Below are positions 27,569-37,594 of a stretch of DNA of 64,000 bases, in pieces; the first letter of the stretch is position 1, and each line of letters starts with the position of its first letter. A program made the translations under genes and the position numbers. This DNA comes from Ignavibacteriales bacterium. Its GTDB lineage: Bacteria > Bacteroidota > Ignavibacteria > UBA10030. Under the pieces are notes generated by a model that saw only the letters and a program-made list of their open reading frames with translations, searched no databases and had not been told where the DNA came from. The stretch lies in the NCBI GenBank assembly GCA_016192345.1, contig JACPUH010000012.1:5342-69341 (forward strand), written 5' to 3'.

Positions 27569-30500
27569 TTGATGATGGCAAACTTTCCGACTTTTTCCCC
27601 GATCCCCGGTGCATCGATGTGGTAGATATAGATCCCGTATGAAGCCGAGAGGTTATCCCGGGTCAGGAGATTCCATTCCGCGGAGCCGTTGAGCATCGTA
27701 CTGTTGTGGTCGATGGAGGCTACCAGCTCCCCCGCCACGGTGTAGATGCGAATCGTGCATTGTTGCGGCAGGCGGATGAAATGAATCGAACGCGGTCCCC
27801 GCCCCGAGTTAAACGGGTTGCGCTCCTCCCAGGTCGCGGCAGCCACGTACGGGTTCGGCACCACCCTGATCCGGTCCAGATCCGATTCCGCAAGCTCCGC
27901 GTCGACCTTTTGGCCCGTGGTTGTGAACTCGAACACATCGGAGGAACGGAAGATCTTGGAGAGAACAACCGTCGCCGTATCGCCGGCTTGCGGGCGCCGC
28001 TTGCCGTTGGTCGTGTCGAAGTTGACGCTGAAACTCCAGGTCAGCGCAAGGGAGTCTTTCGTGTCCCGCTCCAGGAAGATGATGATATCTTGTTCATCGC
28101 GGTTCGCCGTGAAGGTCCCCTCCCCTTCCGAGAGGTCGAGCTCCCAGAACGCAAAGTCGATCTGCTTGTTTTCACTCGTGTTGATCACTTTGAAATTGAC
28201 CCGCTTCGAGGGGAGCGGCGGATCGGACCCGAAGAGGGTCGACCGGACTGAATAACTGGTCGAGGTATCGGTTCCCAACGGCCCGAAGATCACTTTGTAG
28301 TCGGCCGGTTTCTGCACCCCGGTGATGGTACCGCTCTTCCACTGCTCAAAACGGTACGGCAGAACCGGGGCTCTGCTCCAGTGCGAAAGCGTCTGGTTGA
28401 CGCCGAACGTTTTCTCGTTCAGAAGAACCAACCGGAATCCGTCCGTCATCGGATGCTCCACGCCATCCTCCAGATTCCTGCTCCGGTCGATCAACGTCAA
28501 AGGAGTGCCGGCATTCGTGACGTCGGCCAGCGTGAAGCTCTTCGTCTTGAACGTATCGGGTGCATTGGCGCCGCCGGAGATCGTCGTATCTTCGAAGGTG
28601 ACCCGGTAACGATGATTGTCTTTAACTTTCGTCGGGTCGATCAGTGCGAAGCCGACCCGCCCCGTCGTGCTGCCGCTGACCAGTTCAGCCGGTGCAATGG
28701 AGGAAGGAAGATAACCGGCGACCGGCGCTTCCGGTCGTACGATGGCAACGGAGGTGCCAAAGGATTTTATGGACCCGGTGAGATTGTCGAGATTGATCTT
28801 GAGGTTGCTCTCCGCGGGGGCGATCTGGAGAGATTGAAATCCGCCATCGTACGCCCGAATGGCATAATAGTACGTTTGGCCGTTCTGGACGGTGGTATCG
28901 ACCCACGAGTGCTGCAGGCCCGTGTCGCTGCCAAGGTCGAACTGGACTCCGTTGAAGGCGATGGGATGGAACCCCTTGATGCCGTCCGCCAGGTCAAACT
29001 GAGCGATCGGCCTCAGGTAGGGGGCCGGGCTGCCGTAGGCATCCGTGACGACGCGGGCATCCTCAAAGGCAGGGTCGGTTGCCCGGTAGATTCTGTAACC
29101 CTGAAAATCTTTTGCTTTCGCGCCGGGAATTCCCTGCAGGAACCGGTCGATCGATTCTTCAGCGAGGTCATCCCAGTAGAGCGTCACCCTCCGGTCGCCC
29201 GCGACGGCCGTCATCGTCGGCTCGAGTGGCGCCTGGGCGAACTGGTAATCTTCATTGTAAGCAAGCTGCGCAAACTCCCTCTTTCTGAGAGCGTCATCCC
29301 TCGCTCCGCTGACGTTCGCATTCCCCGCACGAATGGCTGCCCCGAAGACAACGGCGTACGAGATGCGCTCAATCTGACCCGGACGCAACGGGAACAATCC
29401 CGATGAAACGAAAAGATCGCTCTCCCCCACCGGCAACAACGCAGGATTGACAAAGCTCCCCGGGATCATGAAATTAGCCCAGAAGAAAATGTCAGCCGTC
29501 GTGGTGAAGTTGATGGCGCCGGCTGCCAGGTACTGCACGTTGGTCAAACCGATCTGATCGGCCTCGGAGACGTCCGTCTTGTCGATGTTCGGCTCCCCTG
29601 GAAAGGGAGTCCCCGCACCCGAGGTCGGACGCCCATTCCCTTCGCCAGTATCGCCGGTCCCGGGGGCGCCATCCAATCCCACATCGTCCGTCAGCGGATT
29701 CCAGTCACCGTCGTTATCGATGCCGTCATCCCGGGATTCGTCGATCATCTCGTCGATCCCTTCGTCGATGCCTGCATCTTTCGCTCCATCCCGGTTAAGG
29801 TACTTCTTGCCGACATCCTCGGGTCCAACGTCATACAGAATGACGCCGGTCCCGGGCACGCGGAATCGCTTGTAAGAATCGCTGGCCGCCTGGGTAACCA
29901 TCGCAGCGGTCACGGCCGGCCAAGCGCCATGGGCGTTCCCGTCGTTATCGATGTTATCCTTGAACTTCCTGCCGATGTCCTGCGTCCGGAGCGCGATCAG
30001 GTGGATGATACCCCCCTGCAGTGGATCGGTTTCCGGATTGGGAGGCCACCGGTTCCATTTTCGTCCCGTCACTTCGTCGTTGTCGGACTGGGTCACCATG
30101 GCCGCGGTGACGGTCGGACTGTTCGATTCGCCGTTCCCGTTGTCATCCAACCCATTGGCATATCCCACACCCGCCTGTTGACCGAACGCGATGTGCGTCG
30201 AGTCTTCGTCGATGAGGCCGTTCTTGTTATTGTCGATCCCATCACCGCTCGTTTCACCCTGGATCAGGGACGAGGTAACCTTCGGCCCCAACGATTCTCC
30301 ATCCCCGTCGTTATCGACACGGTCCACCGCGTTGCCGGGCGTCTCCAGGTAGAGTGTTGCAGCGGCGCCGACAAGCGCTCCCTGGAAGGAGGGATTCGAA
30401 CTGACGCCGTCGTTATCAAGGGAGAATGCAACGTCCCGCAAAAGGTCGAAATCGGGCGCATCGTCCTGGGAATCCCCATCGCCCCCGACGAAGTCGGCCA

Positions 30501-31254
30501 GCCAGAGAGTGACGCCGGTTTTCTGAATGGGTTTGGTCCCGTCGTTCTTCACTTCATGAATAAAGAAGACGGCATCCGCAACGGAAACCTGCGACCATTG
30601 GAGCACGCGGGAATCGATGATGAGACCCAGCCCCTTTCGTCCCGGATCGGTCGTGTCGGGTGTGTAGTTCCACCGGTCGTAGTTATTGTCCCCCACCCGG
30701 TAGTACATTTCCTGGTCGGCGCTGAACTGGTTCTTGCCGAAGTATCCGTTCCACGCTCCCCTCCAGCCGGGATCCACCTGGTCCGACTGCTTGTCGGGCC
30801 AGAAGGAGGGCCAGGTGTCGGGTTCATCGCTCTTGGCGATCTTGTTGGCCTGGACGTTGAAGTAGCCCGGGATCGGTTCCAGATTCCACGAGCCGCCGGC
30901 GGGGCTTTGGCGATAAGTAGGAAGGTCGATGATGCGCGCCGTCGCACCGTCGTTCAATTGCACTTCGCCGCCGACGAACAACCCGACTAGGGCAATATAC
31001 ACGCGACCGGTGTTCTTCGGCCATTCGTAGGGAACCCCCTGCCCGGCTCCGGTCCGGCCTGAGAAACAGAAGTTGAAGACGCTGGTGCGAACGTTGTTGC
31101 CGTCGATTTCCGTCCGCCGCCGGAAGCTGGCGTCGACGCGCTCCTTGCTGGGGACGTGGACTTGTCCGGAAAGCTCGGAGGAAATCACCAACACCATGAG
31201 CATCCCGAGACCAAATAGCCTTGTTCTTACGTGCATTCCCTGTTCTCCGATCAT
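27565..31254 (-). CDS. large secreted surface protein with thrombospondin type-3-like Ca-binding repeats and T9SS-type C-terminal domain
   Basis: 1229 aa. Many DxDxDGxxD repeats (VDNDGDGES, GIDNDGDWNPLTDDVGLDG). Internal repeat TVTAAMVTQ x2. C-terminal VVPNPY...IRIYTVAGELV...GIYIYHI sorting-domain-like region. Likely true start at the second Met (31236). Confidence 0.6.
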   Translation of the reverse strand: MIGEQGMHVRTRLFGLGMLMVLVISSELSGQVHVPSKERVDASFRRRTEIDGNNVRTSVFNFCFSGRTGAGQGVPYEWPKNTGRVYIALVGLFVGGEVQLNDGATARIIDLPTYRQSPAGGSWNLEPIPGYFNVQANKIAKSDEPDTWPSFWPDKQSDQVDPGWRGAWNGYFGKNQFSADQEMYYRVGDNNYDRWNYTPDTTDPGRKGLGLIIDSRVLQWSQVSVADAVFFIHEVKNDGTKPIQKTGVTLWLADFVGGDGDSQDDAPDFDLLRDVAFSLDNDGVSSNPSFQGALVGAAATLYLETPGNAVDRVDNDGDGESLGPKVTSSLIQGETSGDGIDNNKNGLIDEDSTHIAFGQQAGVGYANGLDDNGNGESNSPTVTAAMVTQSDNDEVTGRKWNRWPPNPETDPLQGGIIHLIALRTQDIGRKFKDNIDNDGNAHGAWPAVTAAMVTQAASDSYKRFRVPGTGVILYDVGPEDVGKKYLNRDGAKDAGIDEGIDEMIDESRDDGIDNDGDWNPLTDDVGLDGAPGTGDTGEGNGRPTSGAGTPFPGEPNIDKTDVSEADQIGLTNVQYLAAGAINFTTTADIFFWANFMIPGSFVNPALLPVGESDLFVSSGLFPLRPGQIERISYAVVFGAAIRAGNANVSGARDDALRKREFAQLAYNEDYQFAQAPLEPTMTAVAGDRRVTLYWDDLAEESIDRFLQGIPGAKAKDFQGYRIYRATDPAFEDARVVTDAYGSPAPYLRPIAQFDLADGIKGFHPIAFNGVQFDLGSDTGLQHSWVDTTVQNGQTYYYAIRAYDGGFQSLQIAPAESNLKINLDNLTGSIKSFGTSVAIVRPEAPVAGYLPSSIAPAELVSGSTTGRVGFALIDPTKVKDNHRYRVTFEDTTISGGANAPDTFKTKSFTLADVTNAGTPLTLIDRSRNLEDGVEHPMTDGFRLVLLNEKTFGVNQTLSHWSRAPVLPYRFEQWKSGTITGVQKPADYKVIFGPLGTDTSTSYSVRSTLFGSDPPLPSKRVNFKVINTSENKQIDFAFWELDLSEGEGTFTANRDEQDIIIFLERDTKDSLALTWSFSVNFDTTNGKRRPQAGDTATVVLSKIFRSSDVFEFTTTGQKVDAELAESDLDRIRVVPNPYVAAATWEERNPFNSGRGPRSIHFIRLPQQCTIRIYTVAGELVASIDHNSTMLNGSAEWNLLTRDNLSASYGIYIYHIDAPGIGEKVGKFAIIK

Positions 31255-31294
31255 ACGTGAATAACCGGGGCGGTATGGCCCGGTGTACTTCCTG

Positions 31295-33994
31295 TTAGAA
31301 GCTCAGTTCCATGCCGAATTGAATTTCCCGCGGCTCGCTGTAGAAATCCGGCCGGGTGATGAATTGAAGCACCGAGTTGATGCGATCCGGATTGCGATCC
31401 ACCGGCTCAGCCCCGAGGGCGCGCGCCGACGCACCGGCCCGGCCCGTCTGGCCGTAGACAACGACCTCGTTTCGCCGGTCCAGCACGTTGAAGACCTTCA
31501 GGAAAATATTGGCATCGATCAATCCCAGGCTGACCGTCTTATAGAGATTGAGGTCCACCGTATAGGTCGGGGGTTGCCGCCGGCTGTTCTTCTGAACCGC
31601 GCGCGACGCATCTTCACCCCGCCCCTCAGCCTGGTTGAGCGCGGGGGAATACGGGAGACCCGAGCCGTAACGCCCCAGCACGAAGACCCCCCAATCGAAC
31701 TCCCCGACCCCGAGAGAGAGATTGGCGGTATGGGATTGGTCCCAATCGAGCGGACGCAACTCGATCGAAGGCGACTCGTTGTTCTGGATCTTCCCTTGCT
31801 CTTCTTCGGGGCTCGAGTTGATCCCCTCCGCCACCTGGAAGGTGTAGGAAAAGTTCATGGAGAAAAGGCCGGAGGGACGCTTGTTGAACGTGAGGGTTAC
31901 GCCACGCGTGTTGGCATAATCGCGATTGATGTAGGTCGTATAGAACGATGTCGCCGTCGAGAGATCGCCCCGCACGGGGATCTGCGGACTCGTCGATACC
32001 CAGTCACGCGTGTCCCTGTAGAATCCGGTGATGTCGAAACCGATATCGTCCGTCAATTGCTGCTGCAGGCCAAATTCATACATCACCGTCCTCTGGGGGT
32101 TCAGGTCCGGATTGCCGTACACCCCCTGCACACCGCTCGCCGTCGTCACCTTGTACCCGGGCTTTTGATAGAGGAAACTGAACGAGGGAATCTGCAAGAA
32201 ATGTCCGTACGAAAAATGCAGGACACCCCGGTCTGTGATCGGGTAGGAGATACCAAACCGGGGACTGACGCTGTACTTGGGGCTCGACTTCTTGTACCAT
32301 TGCGCCTGGCGTTCTTCGAGGCTCAGCGCCATGTTCTCGGGTTTTTGCGGCAGGTAGACGTTCGGGTCAGCCGGATCGGCAAGCACCTGCCCGCGTGCAT
32401 CGAAATAGTCGATCCGAATCCCCGCGTTGACGATCATGCTCTCGTATTCAAGCTTGTCCTGGATATAGGCGGAGAACTCGCGGGGTTGCATCGTATACTG
32501 TTCGTGCAGCGGGCTTGTCAGGTCCGGAATGGTCGCTCTGTATCCGGAGCCCTGCGCCTCCGGAACGATCGAGTAATCGTCGAGGTACAGGCGGTGCGTC
32601 TTGAACTCAACGCCGGCTTTGACGAGATGGAGGGGCGTGACCTGGTCCGTGTAGTCCGCCTTCGCCACCAGCGTCCTGGTGTTCCGTTCGAATTGATGGA
32701 GGTTCGTTCCCGCCTTCAAAAACTCGAACAGGTCGGTGTTGAAAGCCGCCGGATCCAGGTTGTAACGCGGATCGAACGGGTCCTTGTAGAGATATTCCTG
32801 GAATCCCTTGTAGAAGTAGGAAAGGTTGACGGTATAGAAAGAGGATGCACCCAGCGTGTGCGTCCAGACGAGCGAGAGACTGTACCCCCGGTCAAACTTG
32901 TTCACATCCCCGTCGGGATTTAACTTGAAACCGTGGTTATAGTCGCGATAATCGATCTGACTGCCGATGCCGGAGAGGTTCAGCTTCATCCCCATCCCGA
33001 CCTGGTAGGTGAGCTTGGCCTGACCCGAGAGGCGTTCCCGGTTGTTCATCGGGACGAACGCGCTGTCGCCTTTCGAGCCGTCGGGAAGAAAGGCACGGAA
33101 GCCGTAGAGATGTCCGTCACTTTCATAATAGCGGATGGAGGAATAAAAACTCAACCCGGAGGCGAGGGGGAGGGGGCCACTGAGGCTTGCCTCCAGGTTC
33201 AGGTTGTCGCTCGGCCGGACGCTCTCCAGGTTTGCAAAGAGACCGTCGTTCGAAGGGGCAAAGTCGCCGGCGAGGAACGAGACCATCCCCCTAAACTTCT
33301 CACCTCCGTCTTTCGTCACCGTGTTGATGATACCCGACATGGCCTGTCCGTATTCCGCATTGAACGTCCCGCTGATCACCTGCAGCTCCTGGATGGAGCT
33401 GTTGTCGATCTGCACGGCTTGTCCCCCGTCATAGCTGTCGGAGACGGAAATGCCGTCGACCCAATACGCCACTTCACTTGAACGCCCTCCCCGGATGTGG
33501 ATGGCCCCACCCCGACCCACCGTAATACCGGCCTGCAGCGCCAAGACCTCCCCTACTTCCTGAACGGGGAGATTCCGGATCTGACCGGCATCGACGCGCG
33601 ATTCGGACGACGTGAGGTCCTTCCGGATGATCGGCCGTTCCGCCGTGACGACAACCTCCTGTTGCGATTCCAGCACAATCTCCTGGAGGGCGACATCGAC
33701 TTTTGTCGTCAGATCGATGGAAACTTTAATCCCTTCTATCGTGGTCTTGGCGTAGCCGATGAACGAGATCGCCGCAGAATACGTCCCCGGCGGGATATTC
33801 AGAATGACGTAGTAGCCGTTGAGATCCGTCGATGAGCCGTACATCGTCCCCTGCAGAACGATGTTGGCTCCCACCATCGGTTCACCGGTCTTCGCGTCCT
33901 TGACGATCCCGGCAATTTTGCCCGTTGTGCCGGCAAGAACATGGCCAACGATGAGAAAGAGAGCAACGAGAACGACGAGTGCCTTCGATTTCAT
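31295..33994 (-). CDS. TonB-dependent outer-membrane receptor with N-terminal carboxypeptidase-regulatory-like domain
   Basis: Signal peptide. CarbopepD_reg-like N-terminus (GIVKDAKTGEPMVGANIVLQGT...GYYVILNIPPGTYS). Plug region (AGITVGRGGAIHIRGGRSSEV). 22-strand barrel with C-terminal F. No SusD-like partner gene. Confidence 0.85.
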   Translation of the reverse strand: MKSKALVVLVALFLIVGHVLAGTTGKIAGIVKDAKTGEPMVGANIVLQGTMYGSSTDLNGYYVILNIPPGTYSAAISFIGYAKTTIEGIKVSIDLTTKVDVALQEIVLESQQEVVVTAERPIIRKDLTSSESRVDAGQIRNLPVQEVGEVLALQAGITVGRGGAIHIRGGRSSEVAYWVDGISVSDSYDGGQAVQIDNSSIQELQVISGTFNAEYGQAMSGIINTVTKDGGEKFRGMVSFLAGDFAPSNDGLFANLESVRPSDNLNLEASLSGPLPLASGLSFYSSIRYYESDGHLYGFRAFLPDGSKGDSAFVPMNNRERLSGQAKLTYQVGMGMKLNLSGIGSQIDYRDYNHGFKLNPDGDVNKFDRGYSLSLVWTHTLGASSFYTVNLSYFYKGFQEYLYKDPFDPRYNLDPAAFNTDLFEFLKAGTNLHQFERNTRTLVAKADYTDQVTPLHLVKAGVEFKTHRLYLDDYSIVPEAQGSGYRATIPDLTSPLHEQYTMQPREFSAYIQDKLEYESMIVNAGIRIDYFDARGQVLADPADPNVYLPQKPENMALSLEERQAQWYKKSSPKYSVSPRFGISYPITDRGVLHFSYGHFLQIPSFSFLYQKPGYKVTTASGVQGVYGNPDLNPQRTVMYEFGLQQQLTDDIGFDITGFYRDTRDWVSTSPQIPVRGDLSTATSFYTTYINRDYANTRGVTLTFNKRPSGLFSMNFSYTFQVAEGINSSPEEEQGKIQNNESPSIELRPLDWDQSHTANLSLGVGEFDWGVFVLGRYGSGLPYSPALNQAEGRGEDASRAVQKNSRRQPPTYTVDLNLYKTVSLGLIDANIFLKVFNVLDRRNEVVVYGQTGRAGASARALGAEPVDRNPDRINSVLQFITRPDFYSEPREIQFGMELSF

Positions 33995-34015
33995 GAAAGA
34001 ACCTCCCTGAGCATG

Positions 34016-35695
34016 CTATGGCTGCAACACGATACCGGCGATTACTTTTTCCTGTATCACGATGGTGGCGCGTTCGCGCACCATCGACAGGGCGCGCTGA
34101 AACCGTTCCTGTTTCTTTTCTGCGAGCAACGCGTTTGCGATTTCTTCCCTTGCTTCTTCAAACGTCTTGGCCCGTGCAGGCCTTTTTTTGAGCACTTGAA
34201 AGACCCCGTAGTATGGATCAACCCGTTCGGGACCAATGATTGTTCCCTCCCTCGCTGCAAAAATCGCCTTCCCAACCACGCCAAAATCGGACTCCGTCCC
34301 GAATCCCAGTTCACCCCCCCGTTGCGCAGCCCCCGGTCGAATGGAATATTTTCGGGCAAGCGACGCAAAATCGGCCCCCTGTTTGAGGCGGCCAAGAACC
34401 ACCACCGCTTCCTCCGGACTCCGCACAAGGATCTCTGCAACGTTGGCCGCGGCGGGGTGTTTCAGGAGATTCTTGTTCGCTACATATCGTGCGCGCAGGA
34501 TCGCTTCGTCCAAGGGATCGTTGGCCGCCTGGCTCTGGGCATCATCAGCCCATCGCTTCAGAAAATAACGGAGTCTCGGACCTTCCATTTCCCCCATAAC
34601 CACCGGATCTTCTGCCAGTCCCGCTGCCGAAGCTTCAATCAAAAAGGTCTCCCTTGCAGCAAGACCGAGGACCAGGGCCTTCAGGGACTGTGAGGACTTG
34701 ACCTGTTTCCGCTGACGCTCGCTGGTGAATTCGAGCTTTCGGAAAAAGTCACCGACCTTCCACACCCCATTCCGGAATCGGACCAGCTCATCCCCTTCAC
34801 GGCTCTTCCATTGCTGCCCCGGGCCCTCCCCATGAATCCTTCCCTCCGGGAACATTTCGCTCCATGACGCGACCAGAGCCCGGACCGTCTCCTCCCGAAA
34901 CACGGGCTCCAGTCCGGCACTCGCGGTTCGGGCGACATCGGAGAGCGTCGACTGGGTTTTTCGTTCGCGGATCGCCCTCGTCATCGATGCGCGCTGTTTT
35001 TCGTAATCCATCTGTGAGGAGAGCGGGTTCTCCACGCGATCGTCCACCCTGATAATCGCGTAGCCGACCCCGATGTTCACCGGCTCGGAGAGTGCACCCA
35101 CCGGAAGGGCAAAGGCTGTCTGCTCGAAGGCAGGGTCCGTTTCCCCGTATCCGACCATTCCGAGGAGACCGCCATTGTGTGCAAGTCCCGGATCCTCAAA
35201 CACCTCGCGCGCCAGCGCATCGAACGTCGTACCGGCCTCCAGGCGTCTCTTGAGGGTTTCTGCCTCCGGGAGGGTACGGCCGTAGACATAGCGTGCGCGG
35301 ACTTTCGTATTCATCGCGCGGAACTCCCGGTGCAGCTCCTCTTCCGTCACGGAAAGCGTATCGAGGATACTGCGCGTCCATCCGTTCAACAGCGCCTGAG
35401 TCCGGATGGATTTCAGCATGGAGGTCGCCTGCTCGTCGTTCTTCCAGCCGCGTGCCTCGCATTCCTCGAGAATCAACACTTCGTTGACCATGTTCTCCAC
35501 GATCGACTTCCGCAGGACGATATTGTCACGCGCACCCGAGGTCTCGAGGTAGATCCGATAGCGCTCGGCGAAATCCCGGGCAAGGACGGATTTCCCGTTG
35601 ACCACTGCTACCGCAGAGTCGTCACTTCGGCTGCAGCCGAGGAACAGCCCCATCATCAACAGGAGTGTGTAATCCAGGTGCAGACGGACCTTCAT
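34016..35695 (-). CDS. SurA/PrsA-like periplasmic peptidyl-prolyl isomerase (parvulin domains), lipoprotein
   Basis: Lipoprotein signal LGCS from ATG at 35695 (MKVRLHLDY...). Parvulin-like regions (AHNGGLLGMVGYGETDPAFEQTAF; AQRGGELGFGTESDFGVVGKAIF). ATG overlaps the upstream gene stop (ATGA). Confidence 0.75.
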   Translation of the reverse strand: MKVRLHLDYTLLLMMGLFLGCSRSDDSAVAVVNGKSVLARDFAERYRIYLETSGARDNIVLRKSIVENMVNEVLILEECEARGWKNDEQATSMLKSIRTQALLNGWTRSILDTLSVTEEELHREFRAMNTKVRARYVYGRTLPEAETLKRRLEAGTTFDALAREVFEDPGLAHNGGLLGMVGYGETDPAFEQTAFALPVGALSEPVNIGVGYAIIRVDDRVENPLSSQMDYEKQRASMTRAIRERKTQSTLSDVARTASAGLEPVFREETVRALVASWSEMFPEGRIHGEGPGQQWKSREGDELVRFRNGVWKVGDFFRKLEFTSERQRKQVKSSQSLKALVLGLAARETFLIEASAAGLAEDPVVMGEMEGPRLRYFLKRWADDAQSQAANDPLDEAILRARYVANKNLLKHPAAANVAEILVRSPEEAVVVLGRLKQGADFASLARKYSIRPGAAQRGGELGFGTESDFGVVGKAIFAAREGTIIGPERVDPYYGVFQVLKKRPARAKTFEEAREEIANALLAEKKQERFQRALSMVRERATIVIQEKVIAGIVLQP

Positions 35696-37572
35696 GGATG
35701 AGCCTGCCTCAAAATGACTCCGGACTTCGGAGATACCTTGGTGGAAAGCCGCCCCTTCACCGGTGACACGCTTTCGCCGGTCAGCACGTTCGACCATTTC
35801 GCTCCCCGACCGTCCTCCGGGACGTTGTACCAATGTTCCTGCTCCGCCCCACTATTATTGAGAATGACCAGGACCCTCTCCTTCTCCAGCTCGCGCACGT
35901 ACGCGACCAAGTCGCGCCCATCGTCCGTCGTGACAAATGAGAGCGTGCCGGTCCGGAGCGCCGGAAGCGATTGACGAACACGTCCAAGCTGTGAGTACCA
36001 ATCGTGGAGGTCCTTATTGAATTTGTTCTCATCGAGCGGGCGCGCGGTTCCGAAGGGGTGGCTCCGCTCGGGCGCGTACGCAAGATCGTCCCAGAGCATG
36101 GGCTTTCGGCAGTCGGGATCGTCCGCACCCCACATGCCGGCCTCCGTGCCGTAGTAGATCGTCGGGGCGCCAACGAACGTCAACTGGAAGAGGGCCATGA
36201 GTTTTTGCGTCTGGAGCTCCCCCTTCTCCGGCTTGCGAAGGTCGTACGATCGGTTATCGTTGAGGCCCACACGCTTGTCGTAACTCAAGTCCGGGTTGAC
36301 GATCCGTGAACCGAGCCGGTCCGTGTCATGGCTGTCGTACAGGTTCATCAACGCCTGGTTGTTGGAGGTGCGGCATGCGGCGAGAAGGGCCTCCAGGCGT
36401 TTGGAAAATTCCGAGGCCGTGATCTTCGTCCCTTTTCCCGCAAAGAACCGGACCGCCTCCCTCGCCCACCGGTAGTTCATCACCGCATCGAACACATCCC
36501 CCTTCAGCCAGGGGGCGGGATTGAACATCTTCTCGTTGTTCCAGTCCTCCCACCAGACCTCCCCCACCAGGTACCCTTCCGGGTTGATGGAGCGGACCCA
36601 CGTTCGAAACTCGCCCCAGAACAGGGGATTGACCATCTCGGCCACATCCAGGCGCCATCCGTCGATGCCATCCTCAGGGTTGCCGTCGCCGTTCGGGTCC
36701 ATCCAGCGCTGCACCACGGCGCGCATGTGCTCCTTTGGACCCGTCACGATCCCCCGGTCGTCCTCGCGCACCTCCGGCAATTCCTTCACGCCGTTCCATC
36801 CTTCATAATCGAACTCATTCTCCTCCGTGCGCGGGTCATCCCAGCGTTTGATGGTGAACCAGTCTTTGTAGGGCGATCGCTCCTGGTTTCGCTGCACATC
36901 CTGGAACGCCCAGAAGGTCCTTCCGACATGGTTGAAGACGCCGTCGATGATGAGTTTCATCCCGCGCGCGTGCGTCTCCTTGATCAGCTTCAGGAACAAC
37001 AGATCGGCCGATGTCCATCGCCATGTGGATGGGTCGCCGTGCCGTTCCGCCGCCCAGAGCGCTTCGTCCCCATCCGGATCGGGACCGAAGTTGTTATCGA
37101 TATGATGGTACATCGCCGCATCGTATTTGTGGAGCGAGGGGGATTCAAATATGGGGTTGAAATACAGCGCCGTCACCCCCAGACCCTTCAGGTAGTCGAT
37201 CTTGTCGATGACCCCCTGAAGGTCCCCTCCGTACCGTCGCTGCTGAACGTGGACGTAGAATCCCTTCCCGTCGGCACGTTCCCAAGGCTGCAATTCAAAC
37301 CAATCATGGGTCCAGTCGCTGATCTTCCACCCGGGCGCGATCTCACGGGGCCATGAGCCGACAAGATCCCTCGGACGGGGATCGTTCCCCCTATCCCCGT
37401 TCCGGAAACGCTCCGGGAAGATCTGGTACCAGACGGCATTGCGCGACCATCCCGGCGGTTCGGAGAACGGTGTTGCTTCATAAGCTCCCGGGGAACGGCC
37501 GGCGATGAATCCAAGACAGAGAAACCCTGCACCGGTCAACCACATCGCTAGACTGCTTCGGGAAACCTTCAT
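35692..37572 (-). CDS. GH13 alpha-amylase family enzyme (secreted)
   Basis: GH13 regions GVTALYFNPIFESP, KLIIDGVFNHVG, GWRLDVAEMV. Signal peptide from ATG at 37572 (MKVSRSSLAMWLTGAGFLCLGF). Confidence 0.8.
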   Translation of the reverse strand: MKVSRSSLAMWLTGAGFLCLGFIAGRSPGAYEATPFSEPPGWSRNAVWYQIFPERFRNGDRGNDPRPRDLVGSWPREIAPGWKISDWTHDWFELQPWERADGKGFYVHVQQRRYGGDLQGVIDKIDYLKGLGVTALYFNPIFESPSLHKYDAAMYHHIDNNFGPDPDGDEALWAAERHGDPSTWRWTSADLLFLKLIKETHARGMKLIIDGVFNHVGRTFWAFQDVQRNQERSPYKDWFTIKRWDDPRTEENEFDYEGWNGVKELPEVREDDRGIVTGPKEHMRAVVQRWMDPNGDGNPEDGIDGWRLDVAEMVNPLFWGEFRTWVRSINPEGYLVGEVWWEDWNNEKMFNPAPWLKGDVFDAVMNYRWAREAVRFFAGKGTKITASEFSKRLEALLAACRTSNNQALMNLYDSHDTDRLGSRIVNPDLSYDKRVGLNDNRSYDLRKPEKGELQTQKLMALFQLTFVGAPTIYYGTEAGMWGADDPDCRKPMLWDDLAYAPERSHPFGTARPLDENKFNKDLHDWYSQLGRVRQSLPALRTGTLSFVTTDDGRDLVAYVRELEKERVLVILNNSGAEQEHWYNVPEDGRGAKWSNVLTGESVSPVKGRLSTKVSPKSGVILRQAHP

Positions 37573-37594
37573 ACGTTTCTTCCTATGCCGTTCA

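Noticed and set aside
27565-31254. Possibility that the 1229-aa protein upstream of the PorV-like gene is PorU (T9SS sortase), because porU-porV are adjacent in Bacteroidota
   Set aside because: No gingipain/C25-like catalytic His/Cys region was recognisable. The protein is dominated by TSP3 Ca-binding repeats and itself ends in a CTD-like domain, so it is more likely cargo. Left as a hypothesis to test with HMMs.
31295-33994. SusC/SusD-type polysaccharide utilisation locus around the TonB receptors
   Set aside because: Neither receptor is followed by a SusD-like lipoprotein and both have generic CarbopepD-plug-barrel architecture, so not called SusC.
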